From Geopsychrobacteraceae bacterium (GTDB taxonomy: Bacteria > Desulfobacterota > Desulfuromonadia > Desulfuromonadales > Geopsychrobacteraceae), in contig OY759353.1 in NCBI GenBank assembly GCA_963662315.1, positions 736,001 to 800,000 on the forward strand: DNA of 64,000 bases, read 5' to 3'. The first letter of the stretch is position 1; each line of letters begins with the position of its first letter. The notes beneath the pieces were generated by a model. That model saw only the letters and a program-made list of their open reading frames with translations, was not told the DNA's origin and did no database searches. Both the position numbers and the translations under genes were made by a program. Shown piece after piece: positions 50,723 to 62,638 of this stretch.

Positions 50723-52822
50723 TTATTCGTCTTCAGACAACTCCATTCCAAGGGCTGCTTTGCGCGAAAGCTTGATTTTTCCCTGGCGGTCTATGCCGAT
50801 ACATTTAACCAGAACCTGGTCCCCTTCGTTTAAGACGTCTGTTACATTACGAACGCGCTCATTGGCGAGCTCGGAAACGTGCACAAGACCATCAGTCCCG
50901 GAGAAAATTTCTACGAAAGCACCAAATTCCATGATCTTTTTGACGGTACCCATATACAGCTTATCAACCTCTGCTTCCTGGGTGAGGTCGCGAATCATTT
51001 TTATGGCCTGTTTTGCCGCAGCCCCATCAGCGGATGCGATATTAATCGTTCCATCATCCTGAATATCGATAGCACAACCGGTAGCTTCGATAATTCCACG
51101 GATGTTTTTCCCTCCGGAACCGATGACAGTGCGGACCTGATCTGACTTAACCTTGATGCTGGTGATCTGGGGCGCATGCTGAGACAACTCTTTGCGGGGG
51201 GCTGCAATTGCTTTGGCCATTTCTCCAAGGATATGAATCCGGCCAGCTTTAGCCTGCTGTAAAGCTTTTTGCATGATTTCCTTGGTAACACCTGAAATCT
51301 TGATATCCATCTGCAGGGCGGTAACGCCTTCTGCAGTACCGGTAACCTTGAAGTCCATATCACCGAGGTGGTCTTCATCTCCAAGGATGTCGGACAGGAT
51401 GGCAATGTCATCCCCTTCTTTGATCAGTCCCATCGCAATACCAGCAATGGGTTCAGAGATTGGCACACCTGCATCCATCAGGGACAGGGATGCGCCACAG
51501 ACAGATGCCATGGATGATGAACCATTCGACTCAAGGACATCGGAGACGATACGAATAGTATATGGGAAGTCTTCATGCTTAGGCAAAACCTGTGCTGCAC
51601 TTCGCTCTGCAAGCATACCATGACCAATCTCACGGCGGCCCGGAAACAAGCGCATGCTGGTCTCACCAACACAAAATGGGGGGAAATTGTAGTGAAGCAT
51701 GAATTTTTTCATTTCCATGCCCTGAATATTATCCATACGTTGTTCGTCAACGGATGTACCGAGGGTTGTGGTCACCAGCGCTTGAGTTTCGCCGCGGGTA
51801 AACAGAGCACTACCATGGGCACGTGGCAGAACGCCAACCTCGCAGGTAATGGGGCGGATAGTTTCCATGTCACGGCCATCGATGCGGACGCGATCGCGTG
51901 TTACCATCCGGCGAACAACCATCTTTTCAAGGCTGCCTAACGCGCCAGAGATTTCTTCTTCCCGCCCTTCAAATTCAGTTGCAAGCAACTCCTGAACACG
52001 CTGCCGATTCTCGGCAAGGGCTGCGTAGCGATCCTGCTTGGCCCGAATCTTTACTGCTGCGACAACCTCAGTTTCAGCGACCTCAGTAACGCGAGCTACC
52101 AATGCTGCATCTTTTTCCGGTACGCTAAATTCACGTTTTGCGTTGGCGACCAGCTTAGTCAGCTCTTCTTGAGCCTGAAGCAGAGGCTGCAATGCCTCAT
52201 GGCCAAAGAAGATTGCATCTAGCATTTCATCTTCGGTTAAAAATTCCGCTTCACCCTCAACCATCATGACTGCGTCTTTAGACCCAGCAATGACGATTTC
52301 AACATCGCTCTCCTTCATCTGCTGTAAGGTCGGATTGGCAATGAGTTCGCCATTGACACGACCAACACGGATGCCGGCAACTGGTCCATCGAAGGGGATA
52401 TCCGAAATAACAACGGAAGCCGAGGCGGCAACCATAGCATATGTATCTGGGTCGTTGATGAGATCTGCCGAAATAACGGTTGGCATGATCTGAGTATCAA
52501 ACATGTACCCTTTGGGAAATAATGGGCGCATTGGACGGTCGATCAAGCGAGAGATAAGTGTTTCACGCTCTGACGCACCGCGTTCGCGACGGAAGAAAGA
52601 GCCAGGAATTTTGCCACTGGCATAAAACTTTTCGGCATAGTTAACGGTAAGGGGGAAGAAATCCTGTCCTTCACGCATTTTTTTTGCTGAGACAGCAGTA
52701 CATAAAATTTTTGTTTCACCGTATGTAACAACAACAGCGCCATCTGCCTGGCGCGCAACTTTACCTGTCTCTATGGTTAATGGTTGACCGTTAAATTCGA
52801 CTTCAACCTTTTGATAGGCCAT
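50723..52822 (-). CDS. pnp: Polyribonucleotide nucleotidyltransferase
   Basis: [38 protein letters not shown] and S1 domains. Confidence 0.99.
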   Translation of the reverse strand: MAYQKVEVEFNGQPLTIETGKVARQADGAVVVTYGETKILCTAVSAKKMREGQDFFPLTVNYAEKFYASGKIPGSFFRRERGASERETLISRLIDRPMRPLFPKGYMFDTQIMPTVISADLINDPDTYAMVAASASVVISDIPFDGPVAGIRVGRVNGELIANPTLQQMKESDVEIVIAGSKDAVMMVEGEAEFLTEDEMLDAIFFGHEALQPLLQAQEELTKLVANAKREFSVPEKDAALVARVTEVAETEVVAAVKIRAKQDRYAALAENRQRVQELLATEFEGREEEISGALGSLEKMVVRRMVTRDRVRIDGRDMETIRPITCEVGVLPRAHGSALFTRGETQALVTTTLGTSVDEQRMDNIQGMEMKKFMLHYNFPPFCVGETSMRLFPGRREIGHGMLAERSAAQVLPKHEDFPYTIRIVSDVLESNGSSSMASVCGASLSLMDAGVPISEPIAGIAMGLIKEGDDIAILSDILGDEDHLGDMDFKVTGTAEGVTALQMDIKISGVTKEIMQKALQQAKAGRIHILGEMAKAIAAPRKELSQHAPQITSIKVKSDQVRTVIGSGGKNIRGIIEATGCAIDIQDDGTINIASADGAAAKQAIKMIRDLTQEAEVDKLYMGTVKKIMEFGAFVEIFSGTDGLVHVSELANERVRNVTDVLNEGDQVLVKCIGIDRQGKIKLSRKAALGMELSEDE

Positions 52823-52984
52823 AAAATACTCCTTATTGTGAGCTCCAGCCGTCTGGAACCCGGTTTAAAAAAGCTAGGAGGATGACCCGAGACAAAGCCC
52901 CACTTTCGTCGGGATTTCTCTCCGGACAGCCTCCTTAGCACAAACAAAGCAGCATGTCGGAACATTCCAACATGCTGCTCAAAA

Positions 52985-53251
52985 TTAACGACGAATACCG
53001 AGGGCTTTAATAATAGTCCGGTAACGCTCAACATCCTGTTTAATCAGGTAGTCGAGCAAACGCCGACGCTGACCAACCATTTTCAACAGACCACGACGGG
53101 AGTGATGGTCTTTCTTGTGGGTCTTGAAATGCTCTGTCAGGTAGGTGATTCTTTCGGTCAGAAGAGCGATTTGAACTTCTGGTGAACCGGTATCACCTTC
53201 ATGACGCTTGTACTGTTCAATGATTTCTTGTTTACGTTCTGTGCCGAGCAC
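52985..53251 (-). CDS. rpsO: 30S ribosomal protein S15
   Basis: [13 protein letters not shown]...[15 protein letters not shown]. Confidence 0.98.
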   Translation of the reverse strand: MLGTERKQEIIEQYKRHEGDTGSPEVQIALLTERITYLTEHFKTHKKDHHSRRGLLKMVGQRRRLLDYLIKQDVERYRTIIKALGIRR

Positions 53252-53364
53252 TGTGTTCTCCTTTTGTTTGTGATCGATAAAGCCAGTGGCGTGGCTGTTT
53301 TATCATTATCTCAGGCTGCGATTTCTACCATAGTTAGAGTACTTATGTAAAGATCAAACTACTA

Positions 53365-54276
53365 TTAATTAGTCTTTGCTAGGACTCTGATCAGCTCGAA
53401 ATCCCCCCGTTTTTCTTTGGCGCGGGATGGTGCAAAGTAAGCCATAGCTGCAAGATCATCTGCTGCACATAACCTGACCAGATCCCCTTCCTGAATAGTG
53501 TTATCAGAAAGTGATACGTTGGCTAGCCCAGGAGGTATCCCAAAAGATAATTGCTGTATCGCAACGGTGTCAAGCATGGCAGTTGGATAATCTCGCAAAG
53601 CGGTGCTTAATGAGAGCAATGCATGTTGACGCACCTGCTCATCTTCGAGTTCTTCCAAAGTGAAGCATTCTGCTAGGGAAAAGTTTCCAGTGGTAAGTCT
53701 CTGTAACGCGGTGAGGTGCGCGCCGCAGCCAAGCCGATCACCGATATCTTGGGCCAGGGTGCGAATATACGTTCCTTTAGAACATGCAACCTCTAGGGTA
53801 ATCCTATTCTCTTGAATTGCAATTATATCGAGGCAATGAATGGTAATCTCACGAGCCTCTCGTTCAACTTCAATACCCTGACGCGCATATTTATAAAGGG
53901 GAATGCCATTCTTTTTTAAAGCAGAATACATCGGAGGAACTTGCTTGATCTGCCCGGTAAATTCACGACAGATCCCAGGCAGAGCTGAGGGAAAATCCGA
54001 CGGAACAGGTTGCTGAGCAATAATCTCACCCTCGGAGTCGAGAGTCGTGGTCGACACACCCAAAAGTAACTCTGCCCGATATGATTTGTTTTCCGCCAGT
54101 AAAAATTGAAGAATCTTGGTTCCCTCACCAATCGCAACAGGCAAAACACCAGTTGCAAGAGGATCAAGCGTTCCGGCGTGACCAACCTTTTTAGTATGAA
54201 ACAGACGACGAATGCGGCGCACACAATCATGCGATGTCATACCGCCAGATTTATTTAATAGAAGTAATCCGTGCAC
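53365..54276 (-). CDS. truB: tRNA pseudouridine(55) synthase
   Basis: KVGHAGTLDPLATGVL, PPMYSALK, CSKGTYIRTL. Confidence 0.97.
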   Translation of the reverse strand: MHGLLLLNKSGGMTSHDCVRRIRRLFHTKKVGHAGTLDPLATGVLPVAIGEGTKILQFLLAENKSYRAELLLGVSTTTLDSEGEIIAQQPVPSDFPSALPGICREFTGQIKQVPPMYSALKKNGIPLYKYARQGIEVEREAREITIHCLDIIAIQENRITLEVACSKGTYIRTLAQDIGDRLGCGAHLTALQRLTTGNFSLAECFTLEELEDEQVRQHALLSLSTALRDYPTAMLDTVAIQQLSFGIPPGLANVSLSDNTIQEGDLVRLCAADDLAAMAYFAPSRAKEKRGDFELIRVLAKTN

Positions 54277-54282
54277 GTGAAA

Positions 54283-55233
54283 TTAGGCTAACAACTTATC
54301 AAGGAGGCTGTAGACTGTTCGCCTGGTGGTTTTAAGCGAGCCAGAGAGCGTTGCTCCTGCAGCATTATGGTGGCCACCGCCACCGAGCTCGCGCGATAGC
54401 GTGCCAACATCAACGGTTCCCCGGGAACGAAAACTGACTTTAAACGTCTGAGCATCTTTCTGATTAAAAAACAATGCAACCTCAACACCCCGAATCGCAC
54501 GGGGATAATTAACAAAGCCATCAGCATGCTCACTGGTTGCTCCCGATTGGCGCAAATCTTCGAGTGTCATAGCCATTGAAGCATAACGACCGCAGGGTGA
54601 AATATCCAGCGACGGGAGAACAAGAGATAATAATTTCATCCGCTCCGGTGGGTAACTTTCGTAAAGGCTGCAGGCCATTTCCCAAGGATCAACTCCACGC
54701 TCGACAAGCTTGCTGGAAACATCAAAGGCTTCAGGATTGGCGCTCGAGTAACGGAAAGATCCCGTATCGGAAAGTATTCCGAGATAGAGGCATTTGGCAA
54801 CAGAAGTTGAAATATCATATTCGCATGCTTCCAGAATGCGATAAATCATGACAGCTGTTGCGCTCGCTTCAGTATCAAGATAGCAGATGTCCCCAAAATC
54901 AGAGTGCGGATGATGATCAACATTAATAACTGTTTGCGCGATGGCCTTAACATCAATTCCGGCCCGGCGCAGATCACCAGAATCAAGGACAAAGCAAACA
55001 TCGAAAACTTTGTCTGTTGGTACGCCATTAACCAGAAAATCATTTTCCGGAATAAAGCCCATTATGTCAGGGACGCCATCAACGTTGAACGCGGTAACAT
55101 CTTTGCCGATATCGCGCAGAGCAAGGGCTAAACCCAAAGTTGACCCAATTGCATCGCCATCTGGATTTTCATGGGCAACGACAAGAAAACTGTGATTATT
55201 TTGAATCTGTTGACGTATCTGCTGCAGGATCAT
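54283..55233 (-). CDS. DHH/DHHA1 phosphoesterase (NrnA-like)
   Basis: HENPDGDAIGS, VDHH, DTGSF, GGGGHHNAAG. Confidence 0.92.
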   Translation of the reverse strand: MILQQIRQQIQNNHSFLVVAHENPDGDAIGSTLGLALALRDIGKDVTAFNVDGVPDIMGFIPENDFLVNGVPTDKVFDVCFVLDSGDLRRAGIDVKAIAQTVINVDHHPHSDFGDICYLDTEASATAVMIYRILEACEYDISTSVAKCLYLGILSDTGSFRYSSANPEAFDVSSKLVERGVDPWEMACSLYESYPPERMKLLSLVLPSLDISPCGRYASMAMTLEDLRQSGATSEHADGFVNYPRAIRGVEVALFFNQKDAQTFKVSFRSRGTVDVGTLSRELGGGGHHNAAGATLSGSLKTTRRTVYSLLDKLLA

Positions 55234-55579
55234 CGAGGTCATCCTTAACCTGGCGTAAAAGTGCTTCAATTTTTTGTCCATAACCGATGGACTCATCATA
55301 ATGAAAGCGCAGATCCGGAACTGAACGCATGCGCATAATCTGGCTGAGTTGACGCCGCATAAACGGCGCTGACTTTTTCAACCCCAGTTCCGCATCTTTA
55401 CGTTCCTCTGCCTCATCCGTTACAGTAAAAAATACCTTAGCTATGCTTAAGTCTCGTGCAACCTTAACATCAGTTATAGTGACACTGGATATCCGTGGAT
55501 CCTTGAGGCCAAACATGATTAACTGGCTCAACTCTCTAAGAATCTGTTCGGCAACTTTTTCAGGGCGATAACCACTCAA
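55196..55579 (-). CDS. rbfA: Ribosome-binding factor A
   Basis: LKDPRI...VARDLSIAKVF...PDLRFHYDES. Confidence 0.95.
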   Translation of the reverse strand: MSGYRPEKVAEQILRELSQLIMFGLKDPRISSVTITDVKVARDLSIAKVFFTVTDEAEERKDAELGLKKSAPFMRRQLSQIMRMRSVPDLRFHYDESIGYGQKIEALLRQVKDDLDDPAADTSTDSK

Positions 55580-55582
55580 AGC

Positions 55583-55879
55583 CTATTTATCTCCATAATT
55601 TATTAAATCAGTATCAATGCTGATAATTTCAGCCAACCCAGCCTGATAGATGTCGTCTTCAATCTGTGCGAATACGGCCAGAATAACAGAATCGTGACTG
55701 GCAGTCATGCTTCCGCCTAAAACAGCTCTTTGCAAAAGATCCAGACACCCCACTTCGGCAATAGAGACAGGGTGTCTGGATCTTATTCGGTTTAATATGC
55801 GGGCAACGGTAGATCTTTTTTGTTTGCGGGTGTGACAGTCAAATAACCGCATATCGATGATGATGACTCCGACCGTCAT
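55583..55879 (-). CDS. DUF503 (YlxP) protein
   Basis: KQKRS...VSIAEVG; conserved position between infB and rbfA. Confidence 0.8.
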   Translation of the reverse strand: MTVGVIIIDMRLFDCHTRKQKRSTVARILNRIRSRHPVSIAEVGCLDLLQRAVLGGSMTASHDSVILAVFAQIEDDIYQAGLAEIISIDTDLINYGDK

Positions 55880-55891
55880 ACCGCTTCACAA

Positions 55892-58735
55892 TTAAAGAGA
55901 TGTTTTGATCTCTTCCATCTCAAAGACTTCGATAATGTCACCAACCTTAATGTCATTGTAATTTTCAAGGCCGATACCACACTCGTATCCAGTGGCAACT
56001 TCACGCACGTCATCCTTGAAGCGCTTAAGGGAGCTGAGTTTACCTTCCCAGATAACGACATTGTCACGGACAAGACGTGTCTGAGCGTTACGAATAATTT
56101 TACCATCAAGAACGTAGCAACCTGCAATCGTACCAACCTTGGAAACATGGAAGGTATCGCGAACCTCAACGTGTCCAAGCTCTTTTTCCTTCAAGGTCGG
56201 CGCCAGCAGGCCTTCCATAGCATCGCGGATGTCATTGACGGCATCGTAAATGACGCTGTACAGGCGAATATCAACCTTTTCAGTCTCTGCCAAGATCCGT
56301 GCCTTGGCTTCCGGTCTGACGTTAAAACCAAGAACAATAGCGTTGGACGCTGTTGCCAGAGTAACATCACTTTCCGATACACCGCCAACACCAGTGTGGA
56401 TAACATTCAAGCGACAGGCAGCGGTCGAAAGTTTTTCCAAGGCATCTCTGACAGCTTCGACAGATCCCTGAACATCAGCTTTGATGATGACAGCCAGTTC
56501 TTCAACTGTACCTTCCTGCATCTTGGCAAACAATTGGTCAAGAGAAACTTTACTGCTTTTAGCAAGATCAAGTTCTCGCTGCTTTGACTGGCGGTGTTGC
56601 GAAACGTCTTTAGCCGCCTTCTCATTTTCAACCGCGTGAAAGGTGTCACCGGCATCGGGCACGCCACCCAGACCAGTCACTTCGACAGGGAATGACGGTC
56701 CAGCTTCTTTCACTTGAGTACCATTTGCTGCAGTCATTGAGCGAACTCGGCCAAAATGGAGCCCGGCAACGATAGAGTCGCCAATTTTCAGGGTTCCGTC
56801 TTGAACCAGAACGGTCGCTACGGGACCACGACCTTTATCAAGGCGAGCCTCGACGATGGACCCTTTGGCGCGCTTTTCCGGGCTGGCTTTGAGTTCAAGC
56901 ACTTCGGCCTGTAACAATATCATTTCAAGAAGAGATTCAAGATTAAGATGTTGTTTGGCCGAAACTTCAACGAAAATAGTATCGCCACCCCACTCTTCAG
57001 GGACCAGCTCATACTCGGTCAACTCCTGTTTGACCCGGTCCGGATTCGCATCAGGCTTGTCGATCTTGTTAATAGCAACAATGATCGGCACCCCGGCAGC
57101 TTTGGAGTGGTTGATAGCCTCTCTGGTCTGAGGCATGACGCCGTCATCTGCTGCTACAACAAGGATAACAATATCCGTTACGCCGGCACCACGGGCACGC
57201 ATCGCGGTAAATGCTTCGTGTCCAGGGGTGTCGAGGAAGGTAATTTTACCGCCATCAATTTCGACGTCATAGGCACCAATGTGCTGAGTAATACCACCAG
57301 CTTCACCCGCGGTGACGTTAGCGGCACGAATTGCATCGAGAAGACTTGTTTTGCCATGGTCAACGTGGCCCATGATGGTGACGACTGGCGGACGAATCTC
57401 CAATTGACCGGAGCTGTCCTCACTGGCTGTTGAAGATTCGACTTCGAGAATAGTCTCTTCATCGAAGGCAACGTTTTCGACTTCGTAACTGAATTCAGCC
57501 GCAAGTATGGCAGCTGATTCGTAGTCGAGAGGATGATTAATCGTAACCATGGTCCCCTGACGCATAAGTTCAGCGATAAGTTCACTCGCTTTAACGCCCA
57601 TACGCTTAGCCAACTCACCAACAGTAATAGAGTCGCTGATACGAATAATGCGCTTGATTGCTTTAGTGATTGTTGGCTCAACAGTTTTACTTTGTTTACC
57701 CTGTTTGCCGCCACGTTTCTTTTTTGAACCCATGCGGCCGGGTTCAAAAACTTCGACCCGACGACCTTTTCTTGATACGCGCCCATCCTGTTCATCAAAG
57801 GTCTCATCATTGCGGCGACCTTTTTTACGTTTTTTGTTGGTGCGTCCTTCTTTTTCAGGCAGCGGCTGCTCAATCGGAGCAATCGGGGCAACATCAACAC
57901 GTTTGCGTGCTGGTCTTGGTGCCTCGGTACGTTCGGTACGTTCAGGGCGGTTGGGCCGTGCTGGACGCTCTGAATGCCGACCGGCAGGTTGTGATTGTTT
58001 TTGCAGCTGTGGCAACTCAACACGGCCAAGAATCTTAGCTCTGTCTCCAGTCGGTTTGTCTGGATTGATTCTTGCCGGGCTATGATGTTGCTCGGGTTGT
58101 TTTCTGGGTTTGTCCGGAGCTTTGGCTCTTGGTGTATACGGAGCGTGCGCTTTAACCTCTGCCACTTTAACTGTTGTTGCTGGCACCTCAGGCTCTGGTG
58201 CAACAATCTCTGTTTTCTGGGCGATTTCTTTAGGCTCCTCCGGCACTTCGACTGTAGGCTTGTCAAATACTGGAGTGGCTGGGGCATCACTAATAGCAGA
58301 CTCAACAACTGTTGCGGGGGGCTGCTCCTCAGAGGCCTCGGTTGCTGGTGCTGGAGTCACTGTTTGAGTCGTTTCAGTTTCAGGCGGCTTGGTTGCAACA
58401 GACGGTTCATCCATGTCAGCACTGGCGACTACTGCGGCACCGGAAACCTCGTCTAGAGAAGGCTCTTCGGGTACCGATGCAGCCTCAACTTCTGCTGTAT
58501 CTTCCTCTTTCTGAACTACGGTTTTTCTTCTTCTGATCAGACCTGGTTTGATTCTTGCCTCTTCAATCGTCTCGCCAGACGCATCTTTTGAAGATTCGAA
58601 TCTTCTGACCTCATCGTCGCTCAGCATGCTCGTCGCGGAATCGACCGTCACGCCGGCATCGGAGAGTTTCTTAATCAGATCTTTAACATCAAGACCCATA
58701 GTTTTTGCGAGTTCGCTGACTCTTACCTTGCCCAT
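55892..58735 (-). CDS. infB: Translation initiation factor IF-2
   Basis: [41 protein letters not shown]. Confidence 0.99.
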   Translation of the reverse strand: MGKVRVSELAKTMGLDVKDLIKKLSDAGVTVDSATSMLSDDEVRRFESSKDASGETIEEARIKPGLIRRRKTVVQKEEDTAEVEAASVPEEPSLDEVSGAAVVASADMDEPSVATKPPETETTQTVTPAPATEASEEQPPATVVESAISDAPATPVFDKPTVEVPEEPKEIAQKTEIVAPEPEVPATTVKVAEVKAHAPYTPRAKAPDKPRKQPEQHHSPARINPDKPTGDRAKILGRVELPQLQKQSQPAGRHSERPARPNRPERTERTEAPRPARKRVDVAPIAPIEQPLPEKEGRTNKKRKKGRRNDETFDEQDGRVSRKGRRVEVFEPGRMGSKKKRGGKQGKQSKTVEPTITKAIKRIIRISDSITVGELAKRMGVKASELIAELMRQGTMVTINHPLDYESAAILAAEFSYEVENVAFDEETILEVESSTASEDSSGQLEIRPPVVTIMGHVDHGKTSLLDAIRAANVTAGEAGGITQHIGAYDVEIDGGKITFLDTPGHEAFTAMRARGAGVTDIVILVVAADDGVMPQTREAINHSKAAGVPIIVAINKIDKPDANPDRVKQELTEYELVPEEWGGDTIFVEVSAKQHLNLESLLEMILLQAEVLELKASPEKRAKGSIVEARLDKGRGPVATVLVQDGTLKIGDSIVAGLHFGRVRSMTAANGTQVKEAGPSFPVEVTGLGGVPDAGDTFHAVENEKAAKDVSQHRQSKQRELDLAKSSKVSLDQLFAKMQEGTVEELAVIIKADVQGSVEAVRDALEKLSTAACRLNVIHTGVGGVSESDVTLATASNAIVLGFNVRPEAKARILAETEKVDIRLYSVIYDAVNDIRDAMEGLLAPTLKEKELGHVEVRDTFHVSKVGTIAGCYVLDGKIIRNAQTRLVRDNVVIWEGKLSSLKRFKDDVREVATGYECGIGLENYNDIKVGDIIEVFEMEEIKTSL

Positions 58736-59334
58736 CAATTCTCCCTTACCAGTAGCCTGTATCTAGATAATTCATTGAGCATTGTATCGACAAGACTACC
58801 TGAAAGAATGCCTACAACACTTCTTTCCTCTTTGCCGAGTATTTGCCCTATCTTGTCTTTATTAAACACCCTCATATGCGGTATCTGCAAACGGATTGCA
58901 GCAGATTCAACCTTCTTGCCAATTTCAGGAGAAATGTCCTGGGCAATGACAATAAGACCGAATTCACACTGGGGTTTGCGAAGCTGATCAATGACCATGT
59001 TACTACCGGACGAAATGATTCCGGATTTACGCGCCATGCCCAGCAAACTTTCAAACCGATTCATTATTGCATTAGTCAGCTGCCACTCAAGACTTGAGTA
59101 GTCTGCTTTTAGGCAGTGCCCACGGAAACTGCGCATGAATCCATTTTTATCAACAGCTTTCTTTAAACAGGCAGGATTTAAACAGGTATAAGCACCTCTG
59201 CCTGGAAGCTTGTGACGGTAGTCGACCAATAGTTGACCATCTGGAGCTACAACGTAACGGATCAGCTCGTTCTTGTCCAGCGTTGCCCGACAGGCAATGC
59301 ATGTCCTTTGCGCCCCTTCTTTAACCTTACCCAT
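58735..59334 (-). CDS. YlxR (DUF448) fused to an L7Ae-like domain
   Basis: RTCIACR...GRGAYTC N-terminus; LLGMARKSG...IAQDIS...IGQILGK C-terminus. Confidence 0.85.
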   Translation of the reverse strand: MGKVKEGAQRTCIACRATLDKNELIRYVVAPDGQLLVDYRHKLPGRGAYTCLNPACLKKAVDKNGFMRSFRGHCLKADYSSLEWQLTNAIMNRFESLLGMARKSGIISSGSNMVIDQLRKPQCEFGLIVIAQDISPEIGKKVESAAIRLQIPHMRVFNKDKIGQILGKEERSVVGILSGSLVDTMLNELSRYRLLVREN

Positions 59335-59346
59335 AATGCTTAAATA

Positions 59347-60468
59347 CTATTCCTGTTCAGAAGCATTTTCGTCGTCAGCAGGTTGATTGTCTCCAGCCTG
59401 AGCGGCGGCCGCTTTGGCCTCTTCCTGCTCTTCCTCCTGAGCTCTTGTCTCACTTTTAATATCGATCTTCCAGCCAATCAGTTTTGCAGCAAGGCGTACG
59501 TTCTGTCCTTTTTTACCAATAGCTAAAGAAAGTTGATCGTCAGGAACAATTATTTCCATTGATTGACCTTCTTCATCGACATAAACCCTGGACACTTCAG
59601 CAGGAGCTAAAGCCGCACACGCATAACGCGCTGGATCGGGAGTCCAAGGAATGATATCGATACGCTCGCCACGCAGTTCGGTAACAACATTCTGAACTCG
59701 GGAGCCACGCATACCAACACATGCTCCTACGGGATCAACATCAATATCATGAGAAACAACTGAAATTTTCGCACGGCTGCCAGGCTCACGGGCCGCCCCC
59801 TTGATCTCTACAATCCCTTCAGCAATTTCTGGCACTTCCGAGCTGAACAGCGATATGAGTAGACCCGGATGGGTACGGGACAGGATAATTTGAGGCCCCT
59901 TGGCAGACATTTTAACTTCGGAGATATAGGCACGCACACGATCAGACTGGCGATAGTTCTCACGCGGGACCTGCTCACGATTCGGCAACAATGCCTCAGC
60001 ACGGCCAAGGTCTACAATCAAATCACCACGTTCGTAGCGTCTTACAATACCATTAACAATTTCACCAACACGGTCTTTGAATTCATTGTAGACGCCTTCA
60101 CGTTCAGCTTCACGTACTTTCTGAATGATGACCTGCTTTGCTGTTTGTGCAGCAATCCTACTAAAACTACCAGCTTCCAGCATCATCCCGAGTGAATCGC
60201 CGATCTCGACATCAGGATCGACTTCGCGAGCTTCCTCGATATCAATTTCTTTGTAAGAATCGACAACTTCATCTACAACAGTAACAAATTCAAAAACCTC
60301 AACTTCGCCGATTTCGTCATTATAATGAGCTTCAAGATCTCTGGTATTTCTGAATTTCTTATTAGCTGCAGAAAGGACAGCAGACTCTAGAGCTTCAACA
60401 AGAACTTGACGATCTATGCCTTTATCCTTAACAACCTGATCGATGATGTGATTGAGGTTACCCACCAT
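59347..60468 (-). CDS. nusA: Transcription termination/antitermination factor NusA
   Basis: [42 protein letters not shown]. Confidence 0.98.
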   Translation of the reverse strand: MVGNLNHIIDQVVKDKGIDRQVLVEALESAVLSAANKKFRNTRDLEAHYNDEIGEVEVFEFVTVVDEVVDSYKEIDIEEAREVDPDVEIGDSLGMMLEAGSFSRIAAQTAKQVIIQKVREAEREGVYNEFKDRVGEIVNGIVRRYERGDLIVDLGRAEALLPNREQVPRENYRQSDRVRAYISEVKMSAKGPQIILSRTHPGLLISLFSSEVPEIAEGIVEIKGAAREPGSRAKISVVSHDIDVDPVGACVGMRGSRVQNVVTELRGERIDIIPWTPDPARYACAALAPAEVSRVYVDEEGQSMEIIVPDDQLSLAIGKKGQNVRLAAKLIGWKIDIKSETRAQEEEQEEAKAAAAQAGDNQPADDENASEQE

Positions 60469-60529
60469 CCTGTATATCCCCTTTTAAATGCTTGCCGACA
60501 CGATTGCCGGATGTGAAAAATTGTTCAAC

Positions 60530-61012
60530 CTAAAATTCGAATTTCAGGTTTGCCTTCTCTATTTGATCAAGATTCAATTCAAGTTCGACTTTTGCACGGC
60601 CCTGCAATTGAAGTTTAATGGTGTCGCCTGTTACGTCTACAAGGGTACCCATAAACGTTTTTTGCGCCTTTTTACCGTCTTCAACAGCAACAGGGAGGAT
60701 GGTTTTTAGCTTTATCTGTTCGCCAACAAAACGCAGAAAATGTTCCCTGGTTTTAAGGGGACGCTCGATTCCCGGAGAAGACACTTCAAGATTGTATGCT
60801 GTCGGAATAACATCTTCAACATCAAGCAAGGAACTTATTTCACGACTAGCATCAGCACAGTTATCAAGGGTGATGCCACCTTCCTTGTCGAGAAAAAAGC
60901 GCAAGGTCCAGCCATGCGGCTCCCGCTTATACTCAAGGTCTACCAGCTCAAGGCCTAAATCTTCAAGTACCGGCTGAACAAGATCTGCAATTTTTTCTAT
61001 TACTGAAACCAT
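60530..61012 (-). CDS. rimP: Ribosome maturation factor RimP
   Basis: LDNCADASREIS, YNLEVSSPGIERPL; ATG after GAGG. Confidence 0.95.
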   Translation of the reverse strand: MVSVIEKIADLVQPVLEDLGLELVDLEYKREPHGWTLRFFLDKEGGITLDNCADASREISSLLDVEDVIPTAYNLEVSSPGIERPLKTREHFLRFVGEQIKLKTILPVAVEDGKKAQKTFMGTLVDVTGDTIKLQLQGRAKVELELNLDQIEKANLKFEF

Positions 61013-61026
61013 ACAACCTCTAGGCA

Positions 61027-61060
61027 ATAAAAAAAGCGAGCCATGGGGCTCACTTTTCAA
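61027..61060 (-). promoter_or_regulatory. rimP leader terminator/attenuator
   Basis: AAAAGTGAGCC-ccat-GGCTCGCTTTTTTT just upstream of the rimP RBS. Confidence 0.6.
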
Positions 61061-61123
61061 TGTTTCTTTAAAACTGCACTTTTATAGCACTTCGATTTAA
61101 AGCTTGCAAGAAAAATCTGGTTA

Positions 61124-61441
61124 TTATTCATATCTATAAAGATTGGGTAGAACTTTATTATTGTTGCGTAATCGGGCTTTTCTTAAAAAATCGGGCTGAA
61201 CCAGGTACCCTTTTGTGTTAGCAAGATAACTGTCAATCATGGCCTTTCTTACAGCGTCTATTTTATGCGTGGGAACGGCCATTTGATCAAGGACCTGCTG
61301 ATAGCTGATGTTCCTGTCATTCAGAGATGTGACCTTAACGAGAATGGAAACCTTATTGTAGTCGCCAAAATAGCGATTTGACTGGTCAAAGAACTGAACG
61401 ACGATTGTGTTATCAAGTGCTACTTCCTGAATCAGAGTCAT
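61124..61441 (-). CDS. Hypothetical protein
   Basis: ORF directly follows the trmJ-like gene; DQSNRYFGDY segment. Confidence 0.6.
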   Translation of the reverse strand: MTLIQEVALDNTIVVQFFDQSNRYFGDYNKVSILVKVTSLNDRNISYQQVLDQMAVPTHKIDAVRKAMIDSYLANTKGYLVQPDFLRKARLRNNNKVLPNLYRYE

Positions 61442-61442
61442 A

Positions 61443-62180
61443 CTATTTTCTCGCAAGTTTGGCGCCTGAAAAAACGTCGATCTGGTTAAACAGGCCCCTC
61501 AAAATTTTGACTTCTTTTTCATTTAACCCGGCACGACCAAGCATCCTCCGATAACTGCGCAGTATGTGATCCGGGTTTTGAGGGTTCAAATAGCCAATGT
61601 TGATCAAGGTTTGGCGCATATGCTGAAACATGCCCTCAATTTGCTCATTGGTTGCCAGACTCTTGCGACCGTAAGTCTGTTTCTGCATAACACCATTGAC
61701 CCTGATAACTTCATACAGGCAGAGACCAACTGCCTGTGCCAGATTCATAGAAGGCTGTTGGTCGGACGTCGGGATGGTAATAAAATGATGGCATAAATCA
61801 AGCTCATTGGTCAGCAGACCATTGTCTTCTCGCCCAAAAACAAGAGCGACGGTCCCTTCTTCTGTGGCCGGTACAATTATCTCGGAGGCATCTTCCGGAT
61901 GCAGCATGTTTTCACGGTAACGTCCAAAACGGCGTGTCGTTCCGAAGCTGGCAACACAATCATTTAGGGCGCCGGCCAATGAACTGAATATCTTGGCATT
62001 TTCCAAAACACCAGTGGCCTTGACAGCCATCATTTGCGCATCGCGACATAAGTGATCAACTTGGGGGTTAACAAGGCGTAAATCAGTAAAACCAAAATTA
62101 AGCATTGCTCGACATGTTGACCCGATATTGCGTGCTCCTCGTGGTTCAACCAGGACAACGGCCAGATTATTTCTGTTCAA
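61443..62180 (-). CDS. TrmJ/LasT family SPOUT RNA methyltransferase
   Basis: VVLVEP...NIGS.CRAM.NFG, VFGREDNGL, SMNLAQAV. Confidence 0.9.
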   Translation of the reverse strand: MNRNNLAVVLVEPRGARNIGSTCRAMLNFGFTDLRLVNPQVDHLCRDAQMMAVKATGVLENAKIFSSLAGALNDCVASFGTTRRFGRYRENMLHPEDASEIIVPATEEGTVALVFGREDNGLLTNELDLCHHFITIPTSDQQPSMNLAQAVGLCLYEVIRVNGVMQKQTYGRKSLATNEQIEGMFQHMRQTLINIGYLNPQNPDHILRSYRRMLGRAGLNEKEVKILRGLFNQIDVFSGAKLARK

Positions 62181-62200
62181 AACTACTCCTGTTATTGCAG

Positions 62201-62638
62201 TCAGGTGGACAATATAAAGGGTAACATTTCCGGAGCAAACCCGGATTCACGATAGTGCCTGAACCTGTCTCGGGACTGATCCGCCAAAATCTCATCGTAA
62301 ATTTCTGCAAGATCGATGACTTCACTGAAATGCTTTATGAAATTAATGGAGCAGGGATTTCCCATGATCAACGTTGTTGCTCCATTACAATTATTTTCCT
62401 GTGCGGTAATGACGATTGGCTCTGAATGACAATCGATAGCCCCACTGTCAAAGCAATGCGGCAGAAATGAAGCTTTGTCCCAGGTCCATAAAAACCGATC
62501 CAGTGCAATAGCCTGCTCCGGTTCCTGCAAATAAACAAGTATCCGTTGGCCATTTCTACTAAAAAAAGATTCGATAAGCTGGCATAGCAACCGGGCCTTC
62601 TCCGGACGTTCCTGCTTAACAAAGTAGAGTTTGGTCAT
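62201..62638 (-). CDS. holC: DNA polymerase III chi subunit
   Basis: LDRFLWTWDKASFLPH...SRDRFRHYR. Confidence 0.85.
   Translation of the reverse strand: MTKLYFVKQERPEKARLLCQLIESFFSRNGQRILVYLQEPEQAIALDRFLWTWDKASFLPHCFDSGAIDCHSEPIVITAQENNCNGATTLIMGNPCSINFIKHFSEVIDLAEIYDEILADQSRDRFRHYRESGFAPEMLPFILST

Noticed and set aside
57178..58308. 376-aa alternative-frame ORF inside infB, and the many other nested or antisense ORFs in the track
   Set aside because: Shadow frames of well-supported genes with no recognisable motifs.
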